From an uncultured Verrucomicrobiae bacterium (GTDB taxonomy: Bacteria; Verrucomicrobiota; Verrucomicrobiia; Chthoniobacterales; UBA10450), in NCBI GenBank assembly GCA_963772365.1, contig CAVYXA010000001.1:192001-256000 (forward strand): 64,000 bases of DNA. The letters run 5' to 3'. The position numbers and the translations under genes are program-made. Under the pieces are notes generated by a model. The model did not search any database. It worked only from the letters and a program-made list of their open reading frames with translations, and was not told the DNA's origin. Within the stretch, counting starts at the first letter, position 1; the number at the start of each line of letters is the position of its first letter. Below are positions 38,309-46,887 of this stretch, in pieces.

Positions 38309-39913
38309 TTACAAAGTTTTGAGATACTCGATCAGATCGCGCTTTTCGTTATCGGTCAATTTCGTGCCGTAATCGTGGCCGGAATCTAAATTGCCTCGCG
38401 TGGTTGTATCAAAGAGATAGCCGCCCTCGTCCGTGTAGCCCAGTTCTTGTTCGTCAAAAACGCGCGAGCCGCGATGAAATGTGTTTGCGCGTTGCTCCGG
38501 TGGTGTGAGCAATTGCCGCATCGTGCGCACCGAACCGTTATGTAAATAGGGCGAGCGAGCCCAGACGCCGCTTAGGGACGGGGCAAAATATTTGCCGGTG
38601 CTGCGGACACCGACTTCTTTCGGAGGCTCGTAGCCTGCAAATTCGAGCTCGGCCAGAAACTTGTTGAAACCATCGGCAAGTTTTTGCGTGAACATCTCGG
38701 CCCGCTGCGGATCGGTTCCGATTTCGGAAATAGGATACAATCGCTTGTCGCTCTCCGGGCCGCCGTGACAGGAATTGCAATTGCTCGCGAAAATCGGCTC
38801 GCCGCGTTTTGCCGCGGCTTTGTCGATCTTGAACGGATAACGAGGCGGTCTGATTTTTTCGGATAAATCAGTCTGTCGCTTTACCAAAGCGAAATCGAGG
38901 TCGGGATGCTGTAAATGCATAGGCGCGCCGAGCCCGAGAGAAGCCAGCAAATTGCGAGATAACGGGGATTTGGTATTTCCGTCCCAGTGCACCCAGGTGC
39001 GTTGATCCACGTTCCAGACCAAACCGAACTTGATAGGGGAATACGGCTGAGGCGAATGGAGCAGACTGGCGGCCAGAAGTCCAAAGGCATCGTTACGTCC
39101 GGGCCCGGAAGCGGGCGGTGTTTTTTGCGGTGGTTGATCGGGAACGTGCAAAGCCGCGCGGATATTATGGAAAAGTTTCAACATCGAATGCGCTTTTTCC
39201 GCAAGATCGACATTCGGATCGAAGGATTGATCGACGTCACGATTGTCGATCTTATGCAATTCCCCCGGCTCGACGTCTTTTGCGCCGAACGGATCGTTTT
39301 GGATCGTTGCCATGATCTTAGATTTCTGATCTCGCCATGACTGCTCGAATGCTTTCGGGTCACCGCTTAGATATGCGCCAAGGAATCTTTTCATATTCGC
39401 CGGATCGGACGTCTTGAACGTCGCGATCAAGACCGAGCCAAAGAATCTTTCCACATCGAAATGACTCGTCACACCCAGAATTCGGATCGGCTCATTCGTG
39501 GATGTTGATGTGATTTGGGCAAAGTGGCACGACGCGCAATTGATCCCGACGGCAGATAAGCCGCCGAGATGTTTTACGTTTGTCCGGCTAAGTCCAATCG
39601 GCCAGCCGAAACCGGGATCTGAAATCAGACCGACGTGTGTAAAATCAGCTGTCGGAAATAAATCGGGATACGTTTTAATAAACGCCCGAAGCACGGCTTC
39701 CGGAAAAACTTCCGTGCCCATCGAGCCATGCAGAAAGAAATCCAGATCGCGCTTCGACCAAGTCGGAACCTGGGCGTTGTCGATTCCGTTCGAAGTCTCC
39801 GTCGTTGCGGCACTTGCACGGAATGCGAGCACGAGCACGATGGCGACCGCCAGACCCCTGCGAAACGCAAAGATTCCCCGCAGCATCGGCCCTGGCTCAG
39901 CGAAATCGATCAA
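38309..39913 (-). CDS. Secreted di-heme c-type cytochrome (RoxA/CcpA/MauG-like)
   Basis: Signal peptide; CASCH and CNSCH; PSLSGVWARSPYLHNGSV; GHDYG..LIEYLKTL. Confidence 0.85.
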   Translation of the reverse strand: MIDFAEPGPMLRGIFAFRRGLAVAIVLVLAFRASAATTETSNGIDNAQVPTWSKRDLDFFLHGSMGTEVFPEAVLRAFIKTYPDLFPTADFTHVGLISDPGFGWPIGLSRTNVKHLGGLSAVGINCASCHFAQITSTSTNEPIRILGVTSHFDVERFFGSVLIATFKTSDPANMKRFLGAYLSGDPKAFEQSWRDQKSKIMATIQNDPFGAKDVEPGELHKIDNRDVDQSFDPNVDLAEKAHSMLKLFHNIRAALHVPDQPPQKTPPASGPGRNDAFGLLAASLLHSPQPYSPIKFGLVWNVDQRTWVHWDGNTKSPLSRNLLASLGLGAPMHLQHPDLDFALVKRQTDLSEKIRPPRYPFKIDKAAAKRGEPIFASNCNSCHGGPESDKRLYPISEIGTDPQRAEMFTQKLADGFNKFLAELEFAGYEPPKEVGVRSTGKYFAPSLSGVWARSPYLHNGSVRTMRQLLTPPEQRANTFHRGSRVFDEQELGYTDEGGYLFDTTTRGNLDSGHDYGTKLTDNEKRDLIEYLKTL

Positions 39914-40008
39914 AACATCTCACCTATGCGCGACGATACCTGGCTGTGGAGGGGAAGCGATCGGCTTCCCACTGCCACGCTGGAAAAATTTTTTAACGAG
40001 AGCGCGAA

Positions 40009-40287
40009 TTAGCGAATATGCCCGGAGACCAGTTTGGTCATCTCGAACATGCTCACCTGGCTCTTGCCGTTGAATACCGGCCGAAGAGCGTCGTCCGCGT
40101 TGATTTGTGTTCTCTTTTTCTTGTCCTGAAGACCGTTTTTCTTGATGTAGTCCCAGAGTTTTTTCGTTAGCTCGGAACGGGGCAACGGCCTCGAACCGAC
40201 GACTGCTGCGAGCTTGTCGTCCGGTTGGACTGGTCTCATGAAGGCGGGATTTGGCTTGCGCTTGGAAGTTTTTTTGGTTTTCGGCAT
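40009..40287 (-). CDS. SWIB/MDM2-domain protein
   Basis: LAAVVG..PRSELTKKLWDYIKKNGLQD..INADDAL..VSMFEM. Confidence 0.92.
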   Translation of the reverse strand: MPKTKKTSKRKPNPAFMRPVQPDDKLAAVVGSRPLPRSELTKKLWDYIKKNGLQDKKKRTQINADDALRPVFNGKSQVSMFEMTKLVSGHIR

Positions 40288-40353
40288 AAAGGCTGATTAC
40301 TGCTTCCCTCGTGAGACGGTCAACACAAAAGTTTGCGAAACAAAAAAAATTTC

Positions 40354-41520
40354 CTAGTCCGCTCGCCGCACGGCCACGGCTGCCAGATCATCGGGCAATG
40401 AGCTTCCTTCCTCATCCGGAGCGGCTTCATTGAGCAAACGGGCCAGCAACGCTTCCGCATTGGCCGCAGAGGAATCCAGCATTTTGCCTAACTGTTCTGG
40501 ACCAAGTCGCGGGCGTCCGGTTTTTATTCCGCCAAATAATCCATCGGTATAGAGAAGAAAGGCATCGCCCAGTTCGAGATCGACATCGCTTTCGGCGAGC
40601 TGTGGATGTTCGATTAAACCGAGAGGGGGCATGCTCGAGGGAACCGCCTCCACGCTTCCGTTTTTTCGTGAAATCAACAGGGGCGGATGGCCTGCCCCGG
40701 CTACACTCAGGCGCCCACTCTTGGTATCCAGGGTGACGCACATAGCGGTCATGAACGAACGCGCACCGAAAATGCCGCGGAACTCATTATTGACGGCCTT
40801 CATAATCGCCGCCGGCGAATCGTGCTCGGCACTGCCGTGATGAAAAAGGAGTTTGGCCAGGGTCGTCATCAAGGCGGCAGAAGCGCCATGACCGGTAGCG
40901 TCCGCAATCCAAAACAACATGCGATCGTCCTTCAGGCGCAGCCATCCGTAAATGTCGCCGCCGACTTGAATTACTGGCCGGTAGCAGGCTGCGATCTGCC
41001 AACCGGTTACAATCGGCGGTTTTTGCGGAATAAGCGATTGCTGGGTAAGCCGGGCAGCCTCGAGATCTCGTTCGAGATTCCCCCGCCAAGCCTCCAATTC
41101 CTGATTCTGGCGTTCGAGCTGCCGGCGCATCGAGCGGAGACGCAGGTGTGTCTCGATACGTGCCCGCAAGACCGCGCTCTTGATCGGCTTGGTGACGAAA
41201 TCATCGGCCCCCGCTTCTAAACAGAGGATTTCGCTCTCCTGGCCGCCATGCCCGGTTAGCATGATGGCAGGAAGTTGCGCCACCGCCGGGTCGGGATCGC
41301 TTCGCAACTCGTTGAGGACCTGCGCTCCGTTCATCCCGGGCATTTCGAAATCAAGGAGAAGCAGGGAGGGCGGCGTCGTTCGAACCAGCTCCAAAGCCTT
41401 GCTGCCGTTTTCGGCTTCGCGACAGTCATAACCCGATGCGGTCAACGCGCGCACCAGCATTTTACGGCTGGCGGCATCATCATCGACAATTAAGATTTTA
41501 CCGTTGGAATTTTTCGACAT
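40354..41520 (-). CDS. Response regulator fused to SpoIIE/RsbU PP2C phosphatase
   Basis: ILIVDDD, LLLDFEMP, FVTKP; VGGDIY, ADATGHG, YTDG, DDL. Confidence 0.93.
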   Translation of the reverse strand: MSKNSNGKILIVDDDAASRKMLVRALTASGYDCREAENGSKALELVRTTPPSLLLLDFEMPGMNGAQVLNELRSDPDPAVAQLPAIMLTGHGGQESEILCLEAGADDFVTKPIKSAVLRARIETHLRLRSMRRQLERQNQELEAWRGNLERDLEAARLTQQSLIPQKPPIVTGWQIAACYRPVIQVGGDIYGWLRLKDDRMLFWIADATGHGASAALMTTLAKLLFHHGSAEHDSPAAIMKAVNNEFRGIFGARSFMTAMCVTLDTKSGRLSVAGAGHPPLLISRKNGSVEAVPSSMPPLGLIEHPQLAESDVDLELGDAFLLYTDGLFGGIKTGRPRLGPEQLGKMLDSSAANAEALLARLLNEAAPDEEGSSLPDDLAAVAVRRAD

Positions 41521-41694
41521 CTCTTCTTTTGATTCGAACGGACGGCAAGCCGTTACTGTATGCTGTGGCTATTTTAGAGTCGGCAAACGCAGTGCGGCGT
41601 GGCCGGACGCACCCTCGTATTCCAAAACACGCTCGATTTATTGATTGGCAATGAACAGGAGTCGAGATATTTTTTTGGTCATCCAACCGGTTTT

Positions 41695-42081
41695 ATGAAA
41701 TCCTCGCTATCGATTCTGTTGCTTTCAGCTTTCTTTATTTCAGCATGTGAAGAGGAAGCACCGCCTCCCAGAGCTCATCACCATGCTGCCCGTTACCCCG
41801 CGATGCCACCGCAGGAATACCCACCTCAACAACAGCCATTTAATCCGAATGCGCCGCCGACTCCTACACCCGGAATGGAAGCAATCGTCGCTCCGACCCC
41901 TACGGCTGCGCCCACGAAGGCGGCGGCCAGAGGCGATCATCCTTACGGGATACCTGTCCCCGGCAAACCGCATGTGGTCGAAAGCCCTTATTCTCCGGGT
42001 AAATATGTGGACGTCGAAGGTTTTCCGCCGGGCACAGAAGTGAAAGATCCATACACCGGAAAGATCTTTCTTGTCCCGTAA
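41695..42081 (+). CDS. Proline-rich lipoprotein
   Basis: Lipobox ISAC; C-terminal [21 protein letters not shown] domain. Confidence 0.8.
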   Translation: MKSSLSILLLSAFFISACEEEAPPPRAHHHAARYPAMPPQEYPPQQQPFNPNAPPTPTPGMEAIVAPTPTAAPTKAAARGDHPYGIPVPGKPHVVESPYSPGKYVDVEGFPPGTEVKDPYTGKIFLVP

Positions 42082-42210
42082 AGCTCGGACTGCGGAAACC
42101 GGCTTGCGGCTGCTGATGGATTCCAGATACTGATGCTGGATTCTCTGCGCAGCATTGCTCATTCGTAATCTGGCAATCCGGCGTCGAGCATCCAGTCATC
42201 GAGCTACCCC

Positions 42211-43560
42211 ATGGAATTGCGAATCAAGCGGGCACCGCGCATCGACACCGAGATTACGGTTCCGGGCGATAAAAGCATTTCGCATCGCGCAGTGATCATC
42301 GCTGGTCTCTCGAATGGCATATGCAAACTGGAGGGCTTTCTTCCCAGTGAAGATTGCATGCGCACCGTCAATGCCATGCGTGCTCTCGGCATCCGGATCG
42401 AACAACCCGAGCCGGAGAAACTCATTGTTCATGGCAAGAGGCGCGTTCTCACCCCGCCCAAGGAGGAAATCGATTGCGGCAATTCCGGTACGACCATGCG
42501 CCTTCTCGCGGGTTTGCTGGCGGGACAGACCTTTGAAAGCAGGCTGGTGGGTGACGCTGCTTTATCGCGCCGGCCAATGGATCGAGTAATCGAGCCGCTT
42601 CTGAGAATGGGCGCCGAAATCGTGGCGGAAGGACCGCAGCAAACGGCTCCGCTTCGCATTCATGGCGGCTCGTTGAAGGGAATCCGTTACAAATCCCCGG
42701 TAGCGAGCGCCCAGGTTAAAGGGGCCGTGCTCTTAGCCGGGCTTTTTGCCAAAGGCAAAACCACCGTGGACGAGACCGAACCGAGCCGCAATCACACTGA
42801 GTTAATGTTCAACTACTTCCTGGTTCGGACGGTTAGAAACGAACACAGCGCAAGTGTTTTCGGCGATCAGGTGCCGGAGTCGCGTGATTTCAGTATTCCG
42901 GGCGATATCTCTTCGGCTGCATTTTGGCTGGTCGCAGCAGCAGCCCAACCCGGCGGCCATTTGCTGGTTCGTAATATCGGGTTGAATGACACGCGAACCG
43001 CGCTTCTGGGCGTGCTGGTTCGAATGGGTGCTCAGGTGCGTGAGGCCATTGAAGATGTCGATCAAATCGAGCCGCATGGCATTGTCGAAGTTACCGGTGC
43101 ACCACTGAAGGGGACAGTGATTCAAGGAAAAGAAATCCCGCAGCTTATCGACGAACTGCCGATACTTGCCGTAGCCGGTGCGCTCGCTACCGGGACAACG
43201 ATCATTCGTCAGGCGCAGGAACTTCGGGTTAAGGAAACCGATCGCCTGGCCGCCATCGCGCACAATCTGCGAATTATGGGTGCCCAGGTCATCGAGATGA
43301 ACGACGGCCTCGAAATTCATGGACCGGCGCCATTGCGCGGGGCCCGCGTTGCCAGTTTCGGTGATCATCGCATCGCCATGGCGTTTGCCATCGCCGGGCT
43401 CTTCGCGGACGGGGAAACGATCGTCCAGGATGCCGAGTGCATTCGAGAATCGTATCCTGGTTTTCAAGGTGCTCTGGAGGAATTCACGAACCCAAAACGC
43501 ATGCGCGGAAGCACGCCTGTCATCGGTTCACTCTCGTCCGCGCGACTCGACGGGGAATGA
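42211..43560 (+). CDS. aroA: 3-phosphoshikimate 1-carboxyvinyltransferase
   Basis: PGDKSISHR, CGNSGTTMR, ASAQVK, RVKETDR, DHRIAM. Confidence 0.97.
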   Translation: MELRIKRAPRIDTEITVPGDKSISHRAVIIAGLSNGICKLEGFLPSEDCMRTVNAMRALGIRIEQPEPEKLIVHGKRRVLTPPKEEIDCGNSGTTMRLLAGLLAGQTFESRLVGDAALSRRPMDRVIEPLLRMGAEIVAEGPQQTAPLRIHGGSLKGIRYKSPVASAQVKGAVLLAGLFAKGKTTVDETEPSRNHTELMFNYFLVRTVRNEHSASVFGDQVPESRDFSIPGDISSAAFWLVAAAAQPGGHLLVRNIGLNDTRTALLGVLVRMGAQVREAIEDVDQIEPHGIVEVTGAPLKGTVIQGKEIPQLIDELPILAVAGALATGTTIIRQAQELRVKETDRLAAIAHNLRIMGAQVIEMNDGLEIHGPAPLRGARVASFGDHRIAMAFAIAGLFADGETIVQDAECIRESYPGFQGALEEFTNPKRMRGSTPVIGSLSSARLDGE

Positions 43561-44228
43561 TTGCCGGGCCGGGCGTGAAACTGCATCGAGTCATTGCAAT
43601 CGACGGCCCGGCTGCTTCCGGAAAGAGCAGCGTGGCGCGAGAACTGGCGCGACGACTTGGTTTTGTTTACGTCAATTCCGGCGCGATGTATCGCGCGGCG
43701 AGCTGGCATATACTTCGCGCCAGTATTTCTCCAAAAGATTCGCCTGCGATTGCCGACGCCATCCAAAGGGCGTCGATCGTGTGCGATCTATGCGATAACC
43801 AATCGCGCATGTTAATCAACGATATCGATCCTGGCCCGCATTTGCGCGACGATTCAGTTAACAATGCGGTTTCTCAGGTCAGCACCGTGCCGGCTGTGCG
43901 AAAAATTCTCACAGAAAAAATGCGCGACTACGCGCACCAGCACGACTTGGTGGTGGAAGGTCGCGACATCGGTTCGGTCGTTTTTCCAGACACGCCTTAC
44001 AAATTCTACATCGACGCTTCGCCCGAAGTGCGTTCGCGCCGCCGCGCGGCCGAAGGACTGCTGGATGAAATTACTGCGCGCGACCGGGTCGATTCATCGC
44101 GAAGCGCCTCTCCTCTCATTATCTCCAATAACGCCCATGTCATCGATAGTTCCAATCTGACAATCGAGGGAGTTGTCGATGAAATTATCGACCAGTTGAA
44201 GTTAAGAGGACTGGAAGTTTCTCCCTAG
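43557..44228 (+). CDS. cmk: Cytidylate kinase
   Basis: IAIDGPAASGKS, GAMYR, EGRDIGSVVFP. Confidence 0.96.
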   Translation: MIAGPGVKLHRVIAIDGPAASGKSSVARELARRLGFVYVNSGAMYRAASWHILRASISPKDSPAIADAIQRASIVCDLCDNQSRMLINDIDPGPHLRDDSVNNAVSQVSTVPAVRKILTEKMRDYAHQHDLVVEGRDIGSVVFPDTPYKFYIDASPEVRSRRRAAEGLLDEITARDRVDSSRSASPLIISNNAHVIDSSNLTIEGVVDEIIDQLKLRGLEVSP

Positions 44229-44233
44229 CCCGT

Positions 44234-44319
44234 TGTCATGTTGAGCGAAGCGAAACATCTCTCACTTCTCCTTATCTCCATCACAATGATCTGAGATTCT
44301 TCGCTTGCTCAGAATGACA
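44234..44319. repeat. Palindromic GTCAT...ATGAC intergenic repeat, copy 1
   Basis: TGTCATGTTGAGCGAAGCGAAACATCTC ... GAGATTCTTCGCTTGCTCAGAATGACA. Confidence 0.85.
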
Positions 44320-44355
44320 AGAATACCGGTTGCGTTTCAACGTTGTAATGTCTGA

Positions 44356-44961
44356 ATGAATTTCTACTACTGGCTTGGCTACACACTTTCGAAAATTGTA
44401 GCCCAGGTCTTCTTCCATTATCGTGTTCTTCATCGGGAGCGAATGATTCAGGGGGGCCCAGTGATCCTGGCCATGAATCACCAAAGTTTTCTCGATCCCT
44501 CTTTCGCTGGAATTAATTGTGACCGGGCGATCTATTTTCTCGCCCGACGCAGTTTGCTCGATGTCCCGCTCCTCGGCTGGCTCTTGCCGAAGCTCAACGT
44601 GATTCCGGTCAATCAGGAAGCCATCGATCGCAGCGCCCTCAAAGCTTTGATTCGCGCCATCAAATCCGGGAACGGTGCCCTGGTTTTTCCGGAAGGTTCG
44701 CGCACGCCAGATGGAAATCTCCAACCGGCCTTGCCCGGAGTCGGCTTGATTATCGCCAAGACGGGCGCCCCGGTTGTTCCCATGCGAATCTTCGGCGCAT
44801 TCGATGCCTGGCCAATCGGCGGAAAGCTTCGGTTATGGCGAAGAATCACGATCGTAATTGGTGAACCGATCTTGTTTTCCTCAGCCGAGCTTGCGGCGGG
44901 AGATTACGCTCAATTGAGTCAGCGAGTCATGGACAAAATCGCCGAACTTCGATTGGAATGA
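44356..44961 (+). CDS. plsC: 1-acyl-sn-glycerol-3-phosphate acyltransferase
   Basis: NHQSFLD, FPEGSR. Confidence 0.92.
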   Translation: MNFYYWLGYTLSKIVAQVFFHYRVLHRERMIQGGPVILAMNHQSFLDPSFAGINCDRAIYFLARRSLLDVPLLGWLLPKLNVIPVNQEAIDRSALKALIRAIKSGNGALVFPEGSRTPDGNLQPALPGVGLIIAKTGAPVVPMRIFGAFDAWPIGGKLRLWRRITIVIGEPILFSSAELAAGDYAQLSQRVMDKIAELRLE

Positions 44962-45011
44962 CTGGCGATCGCGAACATCGACAATCGCAAGATCGACATC
45001 TATCCTGAAAT

Positions 45012-45203
45012 GTGAACCCACCCGCGCCGAAGCTAGTCGAGAGATCACCGGCCATTTCAAAATCTGCTCGGGTAATCATGGCCACGATCGTAATCCTGCT
45101 GGCCTTGGTCGCTGTTTTTGCCAATGTGCAACGATTGCGTCGCGACAAAATCGAGAAGGTGATCGTTACCCCTGCCGCTTCACCGTCTCCGCACACGCCG
45201 TGA
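45012..45203 (+). CDS. Small single-TM protein
   Basis: One hydrophobic helix; TATCCT 5 nt upstream of the GTG start. Confidence 0.5.
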   Translation: MNPPAPKLVERSPAISKSARVIMATIVILLALVAVFANVQRLRRDKIEKVIVTPAASPSPHTP

Positions 45204-45252
45204 CGTATTCGGCAAATCGAATAACCAATAGGAATCAAAGTCTAAGTTTGTC

Positions 45253-46887
45253 ATGAAAAGAAGTTTTACTCTGCTGATCGTTCTCGCTTTGGCGTCATTC
45301 TGCTCCTGTCAAAAGCAGCAAACAGAAAAGGAACGCAACGCGGAGGTCGATCATCGGGTTGAGCAACGGTTGGCTGAGGAGCATCAGGCCCAGCAACAGC
45401 AGGAGATCGAGAAGCGGCAAAGTGAGTTGGATGCGCGCGAGAAAGCATTGGCCGAAAAAGAGAATGCACCGGAAGAGCAATCACCCGAGCCATCGGCAGA
45501 ATCATCGCAGGTTCGGCAACCCGCATTTCCCCAAAGCAACGCTCCCACGGAATCCTATTCCACGTTTTATACCAGACTCGATCCTTACGGTTCGTGGCTC
45601 GAAACAGACAAATACGGTTATGTCTGGCAACCTTATGAAGCCGAGCGGTCGGGAAATTGGCGTCCTTACACGAACGGCCATTGGGTTTACACGGACGCAG
45701 GATGGATGTGGATCTCGGAGGAGCCGTTCGGCTGGGCGGCATATCATTACGGGCGCTGGACCCGTTTACGGACCATCGGGTGGGTCTGGGTTCCGGGCGA
45801 TCAATGGGCGCCGGCGTGGGTTTCCTGGCGTAAAGGGAATGATTACGTCGGCTGGGCGCCGCTTCCACCGGAAGCTCGCTTTGATAGGAGCTCCGGCATT
45901 CACAATTGGGCAGACAACTATTACGACATCGGGCCCGACCAGTATTGTTTCGTGCCGACACGGGAATTCGGCGCACAACGAGTCGCTCCAGTCGTCGTTT
46001 CGCGGGAGCGTAACGTGAATATTGTCAATCAGACCACGAATGTTACGAACATCACTTACAAGAACACCATGGTCGTTAACATGGGTCCGGATTATGATGA
46101 GTTGCGCGCGCGCAGCCAGCCACGAATCGAACGGCTGCGCATCCAACGCGAGACCCGGGCGGGCATTGAAGCGGAACAGCCGCACGCGGTCGTAAAAGGT
46201 GAAGTCGTCACGGTGCCGGCGCCCATGATTGGGAATCCCCGGCCAGCGGACCGCCCCAAGCGCATCAAGAAAAAAGTTACTCAGGTAAATGTCGATCGCG
46301 GATGGGAAGGTATTGGCGATTCAAAAGCAGCAGAACAAGCGCGAGCAAAGATCAAGTCGGAGTCCACGCCACCGTCAAATGCGCCTCCCAAAAAATTTAC
46401 CAAACCACTGCAGGCAACAGCGCCTGCTTCGTCGGCACCATCGACAACTGCACATCGCAGCACTCCGGTTCAACGAAAACAGCCGCCGGTCAAAGCAACC
46501 CCACGGCAGTTACGAACAATTACTCCGACGGCAACGCAGCAGCCGCAGCAATCAGCGACACCGGTTCCTAGTCGGACGCTCCATAGGCCGCGGCAGGTGC
46601 CGCCAGGCAGTTCTGTTCCATCGCCATCACCGCGCTTTAGGGAAAGGAAAGTCGAGAACCCACCAGCGGTAAGTCCGAGTGGAACCCCTTCGAGCACACC
46701 GGCGCAAAAGGAAACTCCTTCGACGACAGCGACGATGTCGCCTCAAACTATGCCTGCGGTCACGCCAATAGAACCGCCCGGAGGTCGCAAAATGAAAGAA
46801 ATCAAGAACGGCAGGAAACAGGAAAAGAAAGAGCGCGACTCGCGACGCAATGAAAAGCGCGCCGCTACTCCGACGCCGTCTCCGTAG
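45253..46887 (+). CDS. Lipoprotein with Trp-rich (DUF6600-like) domain and Pro/Ser/Thr-rich tail
   Basis: N-terminal lipobox-like Cys; WRPYTNGHW, FGWAAYHYGRW, WAPAWVSW, GWAPLPP. Confidence 0.85.
   Translation: MKRSFTLLIVLALASFCSCQKQQTEKERNAEVDHRVEQRLAEEHQAQQQQEIEKRQSELDAREKALAEKENAPEEQSPEPSAESSQVRQPAFPQSNAPTESYSTFYTRLDPYGSWLETDKYGYVWQPYEAERSGNWRPYTNGHWVYTDAGWMWISEEPFGWAAYHYGRWTRLRTIGWVWVPGDQWAPAWVSWRKGNDYVGWAPLPPEARFDRSSGIHNWADNYYDIGPDQYCFVPTREFGAQRVAPVVVSRERNVNIVNQTTNVTNITYKNTMVVNMGPDYDELRARSQPRIERLRIQRETRAGIEAEQPHAVVKGEVVTVPAPMIGNPRPADRPKRIKKKVTQVNVDRGWEGIGDSKAAEQARAKIKSESTPPSNAPPKKFTKPLQATAPASSAPSTTAHRSTPVQRKQPPVKATPRQLRTITPTATQQPQQSATPVPSRTLHRPRQVPPGSSVPSPSPRFRERKVENPPAVSPSGTPSSTPAQKETPSTTATMSPQTMPAVTPIEPPGGRKMKEIKNGRKQEKKERDSRRNEKRAATPTPSP

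Noticed and set aside
46330..46887. Pro/Ser/Thr-rich tail as a tandem repeat or RiPP precursor
   Set aside because: Low-complexity disordered tail without a regular unit or adjacent modifying enzymes.
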